Under the pieces are notes generated by a model. That model saw only the letters and a program-made list of their open reading frames with translations. It made no database searches and was not told where the DNA came from. DNA of 64,000 bases, taken from an archaeon (lineage in GTDB: Archaea > Undinarchaeota > CAZHTU01 > JBDRCC01). This document shows, one piece after another, positions 9,098 to 18,480 of the stretch. The stretch's first letter is position 1; every line of letters begins with the position of its first letter. The stretch spans positions 80,598-144,597 of the forward strand of contig JBDRCC010000020.1 of NCBI GenBank assembly GCA_043822065.1, written 5' to 3'. The position numbers and the translations under genes were made by a program.

Positions 9098-10362
9098 TCA
9101 TCCTCAACGCAAAGGTCATGCGCCCAAAGGGGCTGGACGGGGTAAACATTGGAATCGACGGCGGCAAGATAACTGCCTTTGCAAAAAGCAAAATCCGCGC
9201 CGAGCGCACAATAGATGCGACCAGCTTCATAGTGCTTCCTGGGCTGATAGACATCCACGCCCATTTCCGCGACCCAGGCGAGACAAAAAAGGAGGACTTC
9301 TTCACAGGCACCTGTGCGGCGGCGCACTCCGGCGTGACTACTGTCTTTGACATGCCGAATAATGACCCTCCAATCAAGAGCATGTCCGACCTGAGGCGGA
9401 AGGACAAGATAGTCTCAGGCAAGGCGGTTATTGACTATGCGCTCTACCTTGGGGCAAAAAACCCCTACGAGGTTAAGGAGTCCCCGCTCACCAAATTCTA
9501 CACCGGCGGCTCCCAGCAGCTCTCAGTCTCCGAAAGGGAGTTTGAATCGTGCTATGCCGAAGCCAAGCACGCAGTCGTCCACGCAGAGGACTCGCAGGTC
9601 GTCGAGGCGAACCGGGCCAAAATAAAGAACCCGACAATCAAGGACCAATGCAGGATACAGGACGCCGAGTCTGCAGTCAAGGGGATAGAATTTGTCGGCA
9701 GGATGTACCGGACCCACCAGCGCCAGACGCACGTAACCCACATTTCGACTCCAGCAGAAATATCCGCGCTCCTTCCGGGGATAAGCTGCGACATGACGCC
9801 GCACCACCTCCTCCTCAGCAGGGACGATGCGGTCAACAACTTCTACAAGGTCGACCCGCCCCTCAGGCCGAAGGAGGACCAGAAAAAGCTCTGGCAGGAG
9901 CTCGAGGCAAGGGTCACAATGCTCTCCACCGACCACGCGCCGCACCTTAAGTCTGAAAAGGAGAAGGACTTTGAGGAAGCGCCGTCCGGCCTGCCAGAAC
10001 TGGACACTTACCTCCCCCTAATGCTAACAAAGGTAAACCAGGGCCTTCTCTCGCTGACTACATTTGTCAAGATGGCGTCTTCAAATCCCGCAGCGATATT
10101 CGGCTTAGAGTCAAAGGGCGCGATAGACATCGGCAAGGACGCCGACTTTGCGATAATAAACCTAAAAGAGGAAGGAGCTATACGGTCTGACAGCCTTTTC
10201 ACCAAATGCGGCTGGACGCCGTACGAGGGCTGGAAAACTATAGGAAGCCTGAAAACGACGATAGTCCGCGGAGAAATTGTTTTTGATAACGGCGAGGTGA
10301 CAAAGAAAAAATGGGGCAAGAATCTCCTATTGTCCTCGCGCTCGACACAACAGACAGAGTAA
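9085..10362 (+). CDS. pyrC: Dihydroorotase
   Basis: PGLIDIHAHFRDPG, DMPN, HAED, STDHAPH, KCGWTPYEG. Confidence 0.93.
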   Translation: MHDLVILNAKVMRPKGLDGVNIGIDGGKITAFAKSKIRAERTIDATSFIVLPGLIDIHAHFRDPGETKKEDFFTGTCAAAHSGVTTVFDMPNNDPPIKSMSDLRRKDKIVSGKAVIDYALYLGAKNPYEVKESPLTKFYTGGSQQLSVSEREFESCYAEAKHAVVHAEDSQVVEANRAKIKNPTIKDQCRIQDAESAVKGIEFVGRMYRTHQRQTHVTHISTPAEISALLPGISCDMTPHHLLLSRDDAVNNFYKVDPPLRPKEDQKKLWQELEARVTMLSTDHAPHLKSEKEKDFEEAPSGLPELDTYLPLMLTKVNQGLLSLTTFVKMASSNPAAIFGLESKGAIDIGKDADFAIINLKEEGAIRSDSLFTKCGWTPYEGWKTIGSLKTTIVRGEIVFDNGEVTKKKWGKNLLLSSRSTQQTE

Positions 10363-10940
10363 GGGCGCTCGAGGTTGTTGAGAAGACAAGGGACCATTTG
10401 GCTGCGGTTAAGATAGGGTGGCCTGCACTTCTCAGCCTTGGCAAGGGCTTCATAACGGAAATCCGCAGAATGGGCATTCCTGTAATCGCAGACCTCAAGC
10501 TGGCTGACATTGACAACACAATAAAGCTCATAGTGGACCAGGTGCTCGCCGCCGGTGCGGAATACGTCATCGGCCAGCCGTTTGTCGGGAAGCAGTCCTA
10601 CGGGCTTGTAAACCCGAAGAAGCTGATTCTCGTCGTTGAGATGAGCCACCCAGGCGCGCTTGAGTACATCCAGGGGCACACGGAGGCGTTCTGCAAAATG
10701 GCAAAGGAGCTTGGTGTGCATGGGATAGTCGCCCCCGCGACCAGGCCTGAGCGGGTCAGGCAGATACGCGAGTGGGTCGGCCCTGACATAAAGATATACT
10801 CCCCTGGGGTCGGAGCCCAGGGCGGAAGTGGAAAAGACGTGCTTGCCGCAGGCGCGAACTACATCATCGTCGGAAGGACGATATACGGCGACAAGGAGCC
10901 GGGAAAGGCAGTAAAAAAAGTTTTAGATTCCCTGAAGTAA
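10311..10940 (+). CDS. pyrF: Orotidine 5'-phosphate decarboxylase
   Basis: IVLALD, ADLKLADIDNT, MSHPG, SPGVGAQGG, IIVGR. Confidence 0.95.
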   Translation: MGQESPIVLALDTTDRVRALEVVEKTRDHLAAVKIGWPALLSLGKGFITEIRRMGIPVIADLKLADIDNTIKLIVDQVLAAGAEYVIGQPFVGKQSYGLVNPKKLILVVEMSHPGALEYIQGHTEAFCKMAKELGVHGIVAPATRPERVRQIREWVGPDIKIYSPGVGAQGGSGKDVLAAGANYIIVGRTIYGDKEPGKAVKKVLDSLK

Positions 10941-12020
10941 CTAATCCATCTTGTATCTCAGGAAGGCGGCAAACCCGCCAATCCTGAAAAGCTGTTCGCC
11001 CTCAGGCGTCTCACGCGATATAAGCATGACCTTCGTCCCGAACTCCTGGGACCTCTTGACTATGCCATCGGCAACCGCCTTGTCCGCGCCCTCTGATACC
11101 AGTATGGTGTCCGCAGCCCCCTGCTCAAGCGCCTTTAAGACATAGTCCTTGCCGTACGTCACAGCGCCGTCTTTTGCAATCTCGTCCAGAAGCCTCCGTA
11201 TCACCTGCTTCTCTTTCGTTATCTCCGCATCCTTGAGGAGGTCCTCTGACCTCTGGACAAGCTCCTCCAGCCCGTAGGATCCTGTATACCCGATGTCGAC
11301 GACGCCAAGTATCTTGCTGGTGAGGCTCGGCGGTATATTGTCTAAAAATTCGTTCTTGCTATGGCCAGGTCCGCCGACTATTATCCCCTTAACTTCAGCA
11401 TCCTTGAGTATCTCTATCGAGGACTCTACAATCTGCTTGTACCAGTCCTTTGCGAGGTTCTCTATGACGCGCTCGAACCTTGCCGCGGACTGCCCCCCTG
11501 CCCTGAATTTTCCGGGAACCATGCTTGACATGTGCTTTACCGGGACAATCCTCTTGCCCTTCAGGAATGCGATGTCAGCCTCCCGCCTGTCGACTACTAT
11601 CAGCGCATAAACGTCCTTTTCCTTGACCATCTCGAGCAGCGGGTCGAGGACGAACTCCTGCGAGCACCGGTAAAGCGCAATCTTCAGCGGGTCCGGCGGG
11701 ATTAGGGAATGCAGCTGGATGTCCTCCCTGCCCTCCGTCTGCGAGACGTTCCCGCAGAAAACGGCCAGCCCGTTTTTCGGCGTCTGCTTGAAGAGCTTGA
11801 GGTGCTGGATTATCCGCTCAAGGGCGGCTGTGACGTTTTTCCTTGTCGTCTTGGACTTGATGTTCTGGCTCGTCCCCTGCTCGTCGTAAAGCTTGCCTAT
11901 GACCTTGTTGATGTCGTAGCCGTCAGGTATGTAGACCGTAATCAGTTCGGTGTGCCTCCCGCGCTGGTTGGTGAGCTCTTCAATCTCCCGCTTAAACCTG
12001 TATGCTTCAATATCCGTCAT
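10941..12020 (-). CDS. prf1: Archaeal peptide chain release factor aRF1
   Basis: NIKS, YRCSQEF and GGQS motifs. Confidence 0.97.
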   Translation of the reverse strand: MTDIEAYRFKREIEELTNQRGRHTELITVYIPDGYDINKVIGKLYDEQGTSQNIKSKTTRKNVTAALERIIQHLKLFKQTPKNGLAVFCGNVSQTEGREDIQLHSLIPPDPLKIALYRCSQEFVLDPLLEMVKEKDVYALIVVDRREADIAFLKGKRIVPVKHMSSMVPGKFRAGGQSAARFERVIENLAKDWYKQIVESSIEILKDAEVKGIIVGGPGHSKNEFLDNIPPSLTSKILGVVDIGYTGSYGLEELVQRSEDLLKDAEITKEKQVIRRLLDEIAKDGAVTYGKDYVLKALEQGAADTILVSEGADKAVADGIVKRSQEFGTKVMLISRETPEGEQLFRIGGFAAFLRYKMD

Positions 12021-12030
12021 ATAAAGAGGA

Positions 12031-14439
12031 CTAATCTTCTACTTTTATAAATATTCTCTCAGAAACCTTGTCGCCGCCTTTTTTGTCAGAATACTCGATT
12101 TCGCCTATTTTCATGGTCGCCTTAATCGTGGATTCCATCCCCCTCAAGTCTTCCTCCGAGCTGATGACCACCTTGCCGAGCGCGGCATTCATTGACATGT
12201 TCCGCTCCGTCTTGTACTTCCTTAGGTAGGCGATTGCCTCTATCGCCTGCGAGACAAGCCCTTCCGCTCCCTTGTCGGCTTCTTCAGCCTCAGGCCATTT
12301 CGCGAATGAGATGCTGGTCTCCTTTTTCCCTGGAAGGCATGAGTATATTTCCTCGCAGAAGAACGGGGCTACTGGCGAGAGCAGGGTGGCAGTTGTCTTC
12401 AGGACGGTGTACAGCGTGTACTGCGCAGCTTCCCTGGTCGCCTTCCCGTACTTCTCCGGCTCGTACAGCCTGTGCTTTACCATCTCAAGGTAGTTGTCGC
12501 AGAAGTCCTTCCAGATGAACTGCTGGACCGGCTGGACCGCATTTATGAACTCAAACTTCTCGAACGCATCCGTGACCGAGGCGGCAAGCGCTGACAGCTT
12601 TGAGAGTATCCACCTGTCTTCGGCTTCAAGCTTTGGCGCATTCCCTCCCTTGTAGTCCTCAAGGTGCATCATGGCGAACCTAGCGGCGTTCCAGAACTTC
12701 GTAAGGAACTTGTGGGAGTACTCGACGTCCTTCCAGGAGAATGGCAGGTCTGAGCCCGGAACGGAGTATGACGCCCACATCCTAAGCGAGTCTGCGCCGT
12801 ACTTCCTTATCGCCTCGTCCGGCGCGACGTAGTTGTTGAAGCTCTTGCTCATCTTCCTCCCGTCCTCGCCGTGGACCATACCGTTTACCATTACCTCCTT
12901 GAACGGGACCTTCCCTGTCAGCTCAAGGCACCTGAAAGTCGTATAGAACAGCCAGGTCCGTATTATCTCGTAGCCCTGCGGCCTGTTGCTCACGGGGTAT
13001 GCCATCTTGAAGACGTCGTCTTTCTTTTTCCATCCGCTCGCGACAAGCGGGCTTATTGACGAGTCAACCCAGCAGTCGCACACTTCGGGCGGCGCGTCCA
13101 TTTTATCAGAGCCGCACTTGGGGCACTTCTTAATCGGCGGCTTCTGCGTCGTCGGGTCTACGGGCAGGTCATCCTCCCTGGCAGGTATTATCTCCCCGCA
13201 CTGGCAGTACCAGAAGGGTATCGGCGTGCCGAAGACCCTCTGCCGGGATATTACCCAGTCCCAGTCAAGGCCGTACGCCCAGTCCGTAAGCCTCCTAAGC
13301 ATGTACTCCGGGAACCACTTCATCTGCTTCCCGCCCTCTGCAATCATCTCGCTCTTATCCCTGAGCTTTATGAACCACTGGAAGGTCGGTATCATCTCGA
13401 CCGGCTGCCTGCAAGCGCCCCTCTCTGCGTGGACGAGGACGTTGTGCCTGAACTTTTCGGTCTTCTTCAGCGCACCCTCCTTCTCAAGGTCCTTGAGGAA
13501 CTGCTCTCTCGCCCCCTTCGCAGTCAGGCCGGCATACTTGCCTGCCGCCTCAGTCATCTTTCCGTCCCTTCCTATGGCGCTTATGACCGGCAATTTGTAT
13601 TTCGCCTGCCACTTGAAGTCCATCTCGTCGCCGTAGGTGCAGACGTACACTGCGCCTGTCCCGAACTCCCGGTCAACGTCAGAGTCTGCAAGTATCGGCA
13701 CCTGCCTGTTGAAGACCGGCAGGGTCGCCTTCTTGTTGTGAAACGCCTTGTACCTCTCGTCGTCCGGGTGGACGAGAACGGCAACGCACGCCGGGCTTAG
13801 CTCCGGCCGCGTGGTCGCAATCTGTATCGGCTTTCCTGCGTCAGTCTTGAACTCGATGTAATGGAGCGTGCCGTCCATCTCGGAATATCCGAGCTCGGCG
13901 TTCGCTATCGCAGTGCCGCACTTCGTGCACCAGTGGGTCGGGTGCTCCTTGCGGTATATCATTCCTTTCCTGAAAAATTCAAGAAGCGACGACTGGACCC
14001 GCGCCTTGTAGTCCGCATCCATCGTCCTGTACTCATAATCCCAGTCCGCAGAGTAGCCCATCTCGTCAAACTGCCGCTTCATACCGGTTATGCACTTCTC
14101 TGTCCACTCTATGCACTTCTTCCTGAACTCATCCCGGTTCTCCTTTGGTATCTTGTACTCAGTCTCGACCCTGAGCTCTGTAGGCAGGCCGTGGCAGTCG
14201 AACCCCTGCGGGAGGAGGACGTTGTGCCCGGTGAGCCTCTTGTACCTGGCAACAAAGTCTATCCATGAGTGGTTGAGCGAATGCCCCATGTGGAGGGTGC
14301 CGGAGGTGAACGGCGGCGGCGTGTCAAAGGAGTAGACCGGCTTCTTTGACTTCCTGTCAAAGGCGAAAATCTTCTCCTTCTTCCAGAGGTCAGTCCACTT
14401 CTTCTGGAGCTCAAGATGGTCATACCTCTTGCCTAGCAT
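12031..14439 (-). CDS. valS: Valine--tRNA ligase
   Basis: DTPPPFTSGTLHMGH, ATTRPE, WVISRQR, KMSKS. Confidence 0.95.
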   Translation of the reverse strand: MLGKRYDHLELQKKWTDLWKKEKIFAFDRKSKKPVYSFDTPPPFTSGTLHMGHSLNHSWIDFVARYKRLTGHNVLLPQGFDCHGLPTELRVETEYKIPKENRDEFRKKCIEWTEKCITGMKRQFDEMGYSADWDYEYRTMDADYKARVQSSLLEFFRKGMIYRKEHPTHWCTKCGTAIANAELGYSEMDGTLHYIEFKTDAGKPIQIATTRPELSPACVAVLVHPDDERYKAFHNKKATLPVFNRQVPILADSDVDREFGTGAVYVCTYGDEMDFKWQAKYKLPVISAIGRDGKMTEAAGKYAGLTAKGAREQFLKDLEKEGALKKTEKFRHNVLVHAERGACRQPVEMIPTFQWFIKLRDKSEMIAEGGKQMKWFPEYMLRRLTDWAYGLDWDWVISRQRVFGTPIPFWYCQCGEIIPAREDDLPVDPTTQKPPIKKCPKCGSDKMDAPPEVCDCWVDSSISPLVASGWKKKDDVFKMAYPVSNRPQGYEIIRTWLFYTTFRCLELTGKVPFKEVMVNGMVHGEDGRKMSKSFNNYVAPDEAIRKYGADSLRMWASYSVPGSDLPFSWKDVEYSHKFLTKFWNAARFAMMHLEDYKGGNAPKLEAEDRWILSKLSALAASVTDAFEKFEFINAVQPVQQFIWKDFCDNYLEMVKHRLYEPEKYGKATREAAQYTLYTVLKTTATLLSPVAPFFCEEIYSCLPGKKETSISFAKWPEAEEADKGAEGLVSQAIEAIAYLRKYKTERNMSMNAALGKVVISSEEDLRGMESTIKATMKIGEIEYSDKKGGDKVSERIFIKVED

Positions 14440-14475
14440 AGCAACAAAATAGGGGGAGTATATTATAAGCGTTAC

Positions 14476-15081
14476 CTAAACTGCTATCATCCCGACCAGC
14501 TGCGCCCCGAAAATCCAGAAGAACCACATGTGCCAGATGGTGTTGAAGAGGGCGTACTGCAGCTGGAAGAACGGCGGCCTTTCCCCCAGGACAATCCTGA
14601 GCGGCGTCGTGACGATGTACTGCGGTATTATGAACTGGAGGATGTACAGCACCATGCTGCCGCCTGCGTACGGGTACATGCTCGGCAGAACCACGCAGAA
14701 GACAATCCTCGTAAGGAACGTCACAGGCGTCTGCTGTGGGAACTCAAAGCACGCCAGCGCCTCTATTATCACTGTGACTATCGAAAATATCAGCCCGTAA
14801 AATACCCCGCCATAAATCGTCACTAGTATAGTCAGCCCCATCCCGACCTTGAACGACAGCGCCGGCCTGAACCTGTCCGGGAACCTCGTGAAGACGCTTA
14901 TCGCCATGAATGTAATCAGCGCAAAATAGAACCCGCCTGGCTTCTCAAGCCCGTACTTAAGGGCGAGGAAGTAAAAGGCAAAAAGGAATGCCGAGCCAAG
15001 GGCGAGTATGCTGGCTATGCCTGAGCTAGTTGGGACCATGTCTATAACTACATCCGTGATACCGCGCTTTCCCCCGTACAT
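14476..15081 (-). CDS. Polytopic membrane protein of unknown function
   Basis: 201 aa with about 6 hydrophobic segments; preceded by BRE/TATA (cgaaagg-TTTATATT). Confidence 0.6.
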   Translation of the reverse strand: MYGGKRGITDVVIDMVPTSSGIASILALGSAFLFAFYFLALKYGLEKPGGFYFALITFMAISVFTRFPDRFRPALSFKVGMGLTILVTIYGGVFYGLIFSIVTVIIEALACFEFPQQTPVTFLTRIVFCVVLPSMYPYAGGSMVLYILQFIIPQYIVTTPLRIVLGERPPFFQLQYALFNTIWHMWFFWIFGAQLVGMIAV

Positions 15082-15154
15082 GCCTCTATATACTAGTGCT
15101 CTGCCTGCTTAATATAAACCTTTCGCTGATACCGTATATACTATCAGCTTATAA

Positions 15155-15541
15155 TCAGCCAGACGCAGGGGGCTGCTCTTCGCGCGTGAGTATCCGCCTC
15201 TCTATGTCCCGCTTAAGCGCGTCAATGTCAAGCTGAACCTTCTCAAGCCCCTTCAGCAGCCTTTCCTTCTCTGCGTCGAGCTCGTCAGCAATCTGGTACC
15301 TCTTTATCGCCTCGTTGAAGTCGTCCAGGTCAAGGGTAGAATAGCGTGATTTGCCCATTCTCTTAGCCACGTTTTTTGAAATCTCGCCAAGCCAGAAATT
15401 CATAGCATTTTTTACCCTCCAGGATATTATGTGGTCCGGGGCGTTAGCCCTGATTATCCTGACAATCTGCGCCCTAGGGAACGGGCCGTTCGGAACCTCT
15501 TTTGGCTTTAGTTTATCACTCTTCGTGGCTTTTTTGGACAT
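15155..15541 (-). CDS. Histone-fold protein with Lys-rich N-tail and C-terminal coiled coil
   Basis: FPRAQIVRIIR...IS..VK.AM...RYSTLDLDDFNEAI parallels archaeal histone LPxAPxxRII/RKTIxxEDIxLA; start at MSKKATK. Confidence 0.7.
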   Translation of the reverse strand: MSKKATKSDKLKPKEVPNGPFPRAQIVRIIRANAPDHIISWRVKNAMNFWLGEISKNVAKRMGKSRYSTLDLDDFNEAIKRYQIADELDAEKERLLKGLEKVQLDIDALKRDIERRILTREEQPPASG

Positions 15542-15622
15542 AAAAATCACCGTATAAGCTAATGCACCAATAGTAAATAAACTTATCCTTGGCAACCTAT
15601 TTAAGCAATTTTGCCGATATAA

Positions 15623-16168
15623 ATGGGCATGGCAAAGGTTGAAAAAAAGGGCAAGGGGCGTGCCCCTCCGCAGCTTTACAAGCCAAAGAAAAGGCTGAGG
15701 GAGCGGTTTTCCCCGGTCTTAATCGTTTCGATAGTTGGGCTGATCATTATGATTGGCTCAGTCGTAGCCTCATCTTTCAGCAACTACTTCAGCGAGACGC
15801 AGACAGCATCCAACACAGAAAATGAAACGGAATCCCCCCAGTTCACGGAAAATCTCATCCGCGCCCAGATAATGTCTGACAGCGAAATCCAGCGGCTGAA
15901 CTCCGAGGGGAAAACAGTCCTGCGTGCTGTTGACTTTCCGACATCGCCTTCCTCAAAGGAGCTCTCAAACCTCAACGTCCAGAACCTGGTAATCGAGCGG
16001 ATAAACTACAACGACGAGTGCTTCGGAAAGGTGCGCGCCGAATTCACGAATATCTGCCCTCCGGATGCGACGAAGCTCCCAGTCTACATAATCCTCAGCC
16101 CAGACGGTAGCCAGTCCGTCGTCTACGGCTACAAGACAATACCCGAGCTTGTTGCGCTCCTAAGCTGA
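15623..16168 (+). CDS. Single-pass membrane-anchored hypothetical protein
   Basis: Basic N-terminus, one TM helix, then a soluble domain. Confidence 0.6.
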   Translation: MGMAKVEKKGKGRAPPQLYKPKKRLRERFSPVLIVSIVGLIIMIGSVVASSFSNYFSETQTASNTENETESPQFTENLIRAQIMSDSEIQRLNSEGKTVLRAVDFPTSPSSKELSNLNVQNLVIERINYNDECFGKVRAEFTNICPPDATKLPVYIILSPDGSQSVVYGYKTIPELVALLS

Positions 16169-17935
16169 AGTCTCTTCTATCCTTACCTCAGCCTCAGACC
16201 GCAGGATTCTCTTTCCTTCCTTGGATCTCTTCCTCACCTTTATCTCGCCCTTTGAGCCAACGAGCGCGGAGAGGACAAGCCCCCGCCCGGCATAGACGTT
16301 CGCCCTCTTTCCGGCGAGTCCCTTGCCTACGGATATCACCAGGTTTCCAGAAGTCTCCTTAACATCATACTCGACGGATTTCTCAGCCGAGGTCACGGGC
16401 TTCAGGTTTATCCGTATCCCGAATTTTTTCTCAATCCGGCTTATGTTCGAGCCCTCCCTGCCTATTATCTGCGCCATCACGTGCTCTGGCACGTACACTT
16501 CCGCAAGCGAAGGCGAAACCGCGTCCACCCTGAAGTTCCGGGTGTAGCCCCGTATCTCGTCCGCAAGCTTCTCCTCGACAATCTTCTGGACGCCGCCCTT
16601 CTCCCTCTTTTCGACAGGCATCACTACGACCTCTTCGCCATACGAGTATATCTCGTACTCGACCTTGCCGGTGCCGAAATCCGAAACCTCTATCACAGGC
16701 CTAGCCAAGTCCTGCTCAGTCATGCCGTTCGGGACCTTGACTGTGAATTTCAGGCTGAGCACTTTGCCGGCTGCGCCTTTTTCTATGTGTATTATAGTGT
16801 CCACAAGCTGTGGAATTACGCCGAGCTCCACCCTGCCGATGAGCCGCTGTATAGCGTCTATCGGCTTTCGGGCGTGGACGACCCCGACCATCCCGACGCC
16901 AGCAAGGCGCAGGTCTGCGTAGGTCTCGAAGTCTGCGGTTTTCCTCAGCTCGTCGAATACCGTGTAGTCGGGTCTTACTAGAAGGAGGATGTCCGCAGTC
17001 TTTGCCATGTTGCCCTCAAGCGCGGAATACTGCGTTATGTCCGGCGATACCTGGAGGTCGCGCGGGTGCTCCATCGTCTTGACTATTTTTCCCATCCCAA
17101 GGTACATCTCTGCAACCGCCTGGACGAACGTAGACTTACCAGAGCCCGGCGGGCCTGCGACGAGCACGCCCTCTGCAGCTTTGAGCCGCTCCAACAGCCC
17201 CTTGTCGAGCTTGTAGTCTTCTATCGCGAGCTTTTTTACAGGCCTCACTGCGGTTATCTCGGTCCTCTCAGAGAACGGCGGCTGGGTCACGGCTATCCTG
17301 TACTCGCCGAGCTGGTATATTGAGGCGCCGTACATTTTCATCTCCGTGCCTCCTGAAACCCTTGCGTGGTCGTTTATGTTTTTGACAATTTTGTTTATCT
17401 CATCCTTTGGTATCTCATTGCCGCTGATTTCGACAAGCTTTGTTTCGCCTGGCAGACCGACTTTTGCCTTAGGCGTCCTCCCCTCTTTTAGGTGGACGCT
17501 CTGGGCTCCCTCAGAAAAATAATTCGAGACAAGAAGCTTTTCTATGTACGGCTCCACATAATCGCATGAAATCCCCTTTGCGTTTGCGACCTCTGCCTGG
17601 ACTATGTCAGCCGTCAGCAAAACAGCGCCCTGCTTCTGGGCGGTGTCCCTTATGATTGCGTCAAGCGAGCCGGCTTTTGCAAGGCGTATCTCCTCTGCCG
17701 TCGGCCTTTCACCGATGTACTCTAATTTTATTTTCCCTTCCGCCTCAAGCCCCCGCAGCTTTTTTATCTCTTCAAGCCCCTCAAATCCAATCTGCCTGCC
17801 CCGGTTTGCCTGGCCCTCAAGCTCGGAGAGGACAATCTCCGGGATTATTATCGTCGCGCCATCATACTTGCCGCTTGAGATAAGCTCTGAAAGCTTTTTT
17901 TCAATTATGACTGATGTATCTGGAACTACTTTCAT
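16160..17935 (-). CDS. PIN-domain ATPase with KH domain (PINA family)
   Basis: N-terminal VPDTS PIN motif, GPPGSGKST, LLVRPDYTVFDELR, KH motif IIGREGSNI. Confidence 0.92.
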   Translation of the reverse strand: MKVVPDTSVIIEKKLSELISSGKYDGATIIIPEIVLSELEGQANRGRQIGFEGLEEIKKLRGLEAEGKIKLEYIGERPTAEEIRLAKAGSLDAIIRDTAQKQGAVLLTADIVQAEVANAKGISCDYVEPYIEKLLVSNYFSEGAQSVHLKEGRTPKAKVGLPGETKLVEISGNEIPKDEINKIVKNINDHARVSGGTEMKMYGASIYQLGEYRIAVTQPPFSERTEITAVRPVKKLAIEDYKLDKGLLERLKAAEGVLVAGPPGSGKSTFVQAVAEMYLGMGKIVKTMEHPRDLQVSPDITQYSALEGNMAKTADILLLVRPDYTVFDELRKTADFETYADLRLAGVGMVGVVHARKPIDAIQRLIGRVELGVIPQLVDTIIHIEKGAAGKVLSLKFTVKVPNGMTEQDLARPVIEVSDFGTGKVEYEIYSYGEEVVVMPVEKREKGGVQKIVEEKLADEIRGYTRNFRVDAVSPSLAEVYVPEHVMAQIIGREGSNISRIEKKFGIRINLKPVTSAEKSVEYDVKETSGNLVISVGKGLAGKRANVYAGRGLVLSALVGSKGEIKVRKRSKEGKRILRSEAEVRIEETSA

Positions 17936-18042
17936 CTGGAGCCGCATTTCAGAAATAGCCGGATACATCCCATTTATCCGCTAGCTTTTTATCCTTTTTG
18001 CAGGGGGCAAGGGTTAAATACCAATCAAAATTTACCCATCGC

Positions 18043-18480
18043 ATGCTCTCTGAAAAAAACCTCAAGACGCTTCTGCTCGCGCTCATGCCAAAGCAGTTCC
18101 CTGGCTACACCTTCGCCCAGGATGTAAAGGCCGGCGCATGGAAGATACCCCTACTTGGGACTGCCCAGACGCCGGAAAGGATTCTGCGCCAGGCCTTCAT
18201 CCAGGTCGAGACCGAGACGAACTTTGTCAAGGAGAATATCGAGGCCCACACCTTCATCCTTGGGAACCTTGCGAAAAAGGGCTTCCTAAAAAAAGGGGAC
18301 GCTTACTGGGTAGTCCACGGCGGCGAAGTCCTCCCTGAAGTAGAGCAGTATGCAAAGGACAGCGGCATAACCATCAAGGACAGGAAATGGCTCATCGCTA
18401 TGGTCACTAAGCACAAGGCAGACAAGGCAGTCAAGTACGTTATTCAGACGCTTGAGGCAGCCAATTCCTGGAACCCCTGA
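18043..18480 (+). CDS. Hypothetical protein, possible degenerate restriction-endonuclease-like (Mrr-like) fold
   Basis: AFIQVET and EQYAKDSGITIKDRKWLIAMV resemble Mrr-type segments, but catalytic D and K appear absent. Confidence 0.4.
   Translation: MLSEKNLKTLLLALMPKQFPGYTFAQDVKAGAWKIPLLGTAQTPERILRQAFIQVETETNFVKENIEAHTFILGNLAKKGFLKKGDAYWVVHGGEVLPEVEQYAKDSGITIKDRKWLIAMVTKHKADKAVKYVIQTLEAANSWNP

Noticed and set aside
10941-12020. Stop-codon reassignment suggested by the compact aRF1
   Set aside because: NIKS, YxCxxxF and GGQ are intact, and TAA, TAG and TGA all terminate conserved genes at expected positions.
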